DNA of 64,000 nucleotides, taken from contig NMRA01000054.1 of NCBI GenBank assembly GCA_002633005.1, forward strand, positions 879,038 to 943,037, in the 5' to 3' direction. Shown here piece by piece: positions 62,889 to 64,000 of this stretch. The DNA is from Phoronis australis (taxonomy: Eukaryota > Animalia > Phoronida). The position numbers and the translations under genes are program-made. A model generated the notes under the pieces. The model was not told the DNA's origin. It ran no database searches and was given only the letters and a program-made list of their open reading frames with translations. Position 1 is the stretch's first letter; each line of letters begins with the position of its first letter.

Positions 62889-64000
62889 GGGTGTGTGGCA
62901 ATTGCGGTATCAATTCCCATTTGTTGAGATGAGCATTATATATCTCATGTCAATTTTATGTAGGGTTCATCTTTTTATGTGCTGTTTACAAGTGTGGTTT
63001 ACTGGTTAAACAAATGTAAGATTGTAATTTTGATTTAAGCCATAATGCAAAATGGCTGTGATGTAACATTAGGAATTTCAGGGAATACAAACTGGACGTG
63101 CTATTGTCTGATTCATGGAGTAGGCTAAGAGTGAAAAAGGGCAATATAAGCATGTTGGTTCGTTGGGCCTTCAACTAGCATGTATTTGCGTGAAACCGCA
63201 TTTAGTGTGTTAAACAAAGACTTGTTGTGTGCTCAGAAATTTTGAGTGCCATGAGTAGGTCAGCTAGCTTATCTGTACGCTTTATTATGATGAAATCACG
63301 TTATGCAGACATTATCCATCCTACAGTTTTTCGAAGAATTTACAACAGCTTTTTGATGCGTTTCTACCATTGTGAAACTTGACAAGACTAGCACCATTTT
63401 TCCTCCACAAGTCAATATCTAAAAATAAATCCCAAATTTAGACTGTAACTGTAAGCCCTAGGGGACGTATTTGGAAAAGAGCCCATTTGTGGCTTTTCTA
63501 GTACCCTGTATGTCGTAAATCAAGCGAAACTGTAGGGTTTTGGTTACAGACGTACTCAAAGATATTTTTGAGGAGCAGCGATTTGAAGAGCCCTTGATTC
63601 CACTGGCAAATAAGTACTCCCTTGAATAGAGTTTTCTCATGGACACTTGAAGAATACTGGTCTCTAGTATGCATAATGCATTTTGTGCACTTATTGGTGC
63701 TTATCTTGCATAAGTTTAAAACTATTTGATCCTTGTCATTGTTGAATACACCTTTATTTCTGAAATTGGAAAACTGGTTGATTAAATCATTCGAAAAATG
63801 ACAATTTTCCTAAAGTTTGGAGTCTTTTGTGACATTGAAGCATTAAAAATAATTGCCCATTTAGAAATGTTAAGTTTGTGTTCCTAAAGAAAAATGCATT
63901 TCTTTCGAAAATTGGAAAAAATTGACATTCAAGCAAACAGACATTTTACTTCATGAATTGAAGACTTCTGTCCAGATTTAACTGTACAAGTTTGTCTCAG

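Overview
AT-rich, intron-containing eukaryotic (invertebrate-like animal) genomic DNA with an N-gap at 27243-27803. I reconstructed three host genes by eye from splice sites and reading phase. (1) A 7-exon adipolin/erythroferrone-like (C1QTNF12/ERFE family) secreted protein on the minus strand (5302-15323). (2) A 16-coding-exon CDK11 on the minus strand (43651-56665). (3) An Mpv17 gene with an uninterrupted CDS (62316-62888, +), divergent from CDK11. A probable fourth gene is an orphan, possibly N-myristoylated protein (exons 26316-26582 and 17752-18795, -). The 19-41 kb interval is rich in DNA transposons. The most striking are three TTAA-flanked Kolobok-type elements. One keeps convergent stubs of a THAP-transposase and a KolX/P2X7-tail-like gene. 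Two are fold-back derivatives whose left end is an inverted copy of the THAP end. Also present are a CACAGGCG-ended family with 8-bp TSDs, 5-bp-TSD MITEs, LINE fragments and several minisatellites. All family assignments come from recalled motifs, not database searches.
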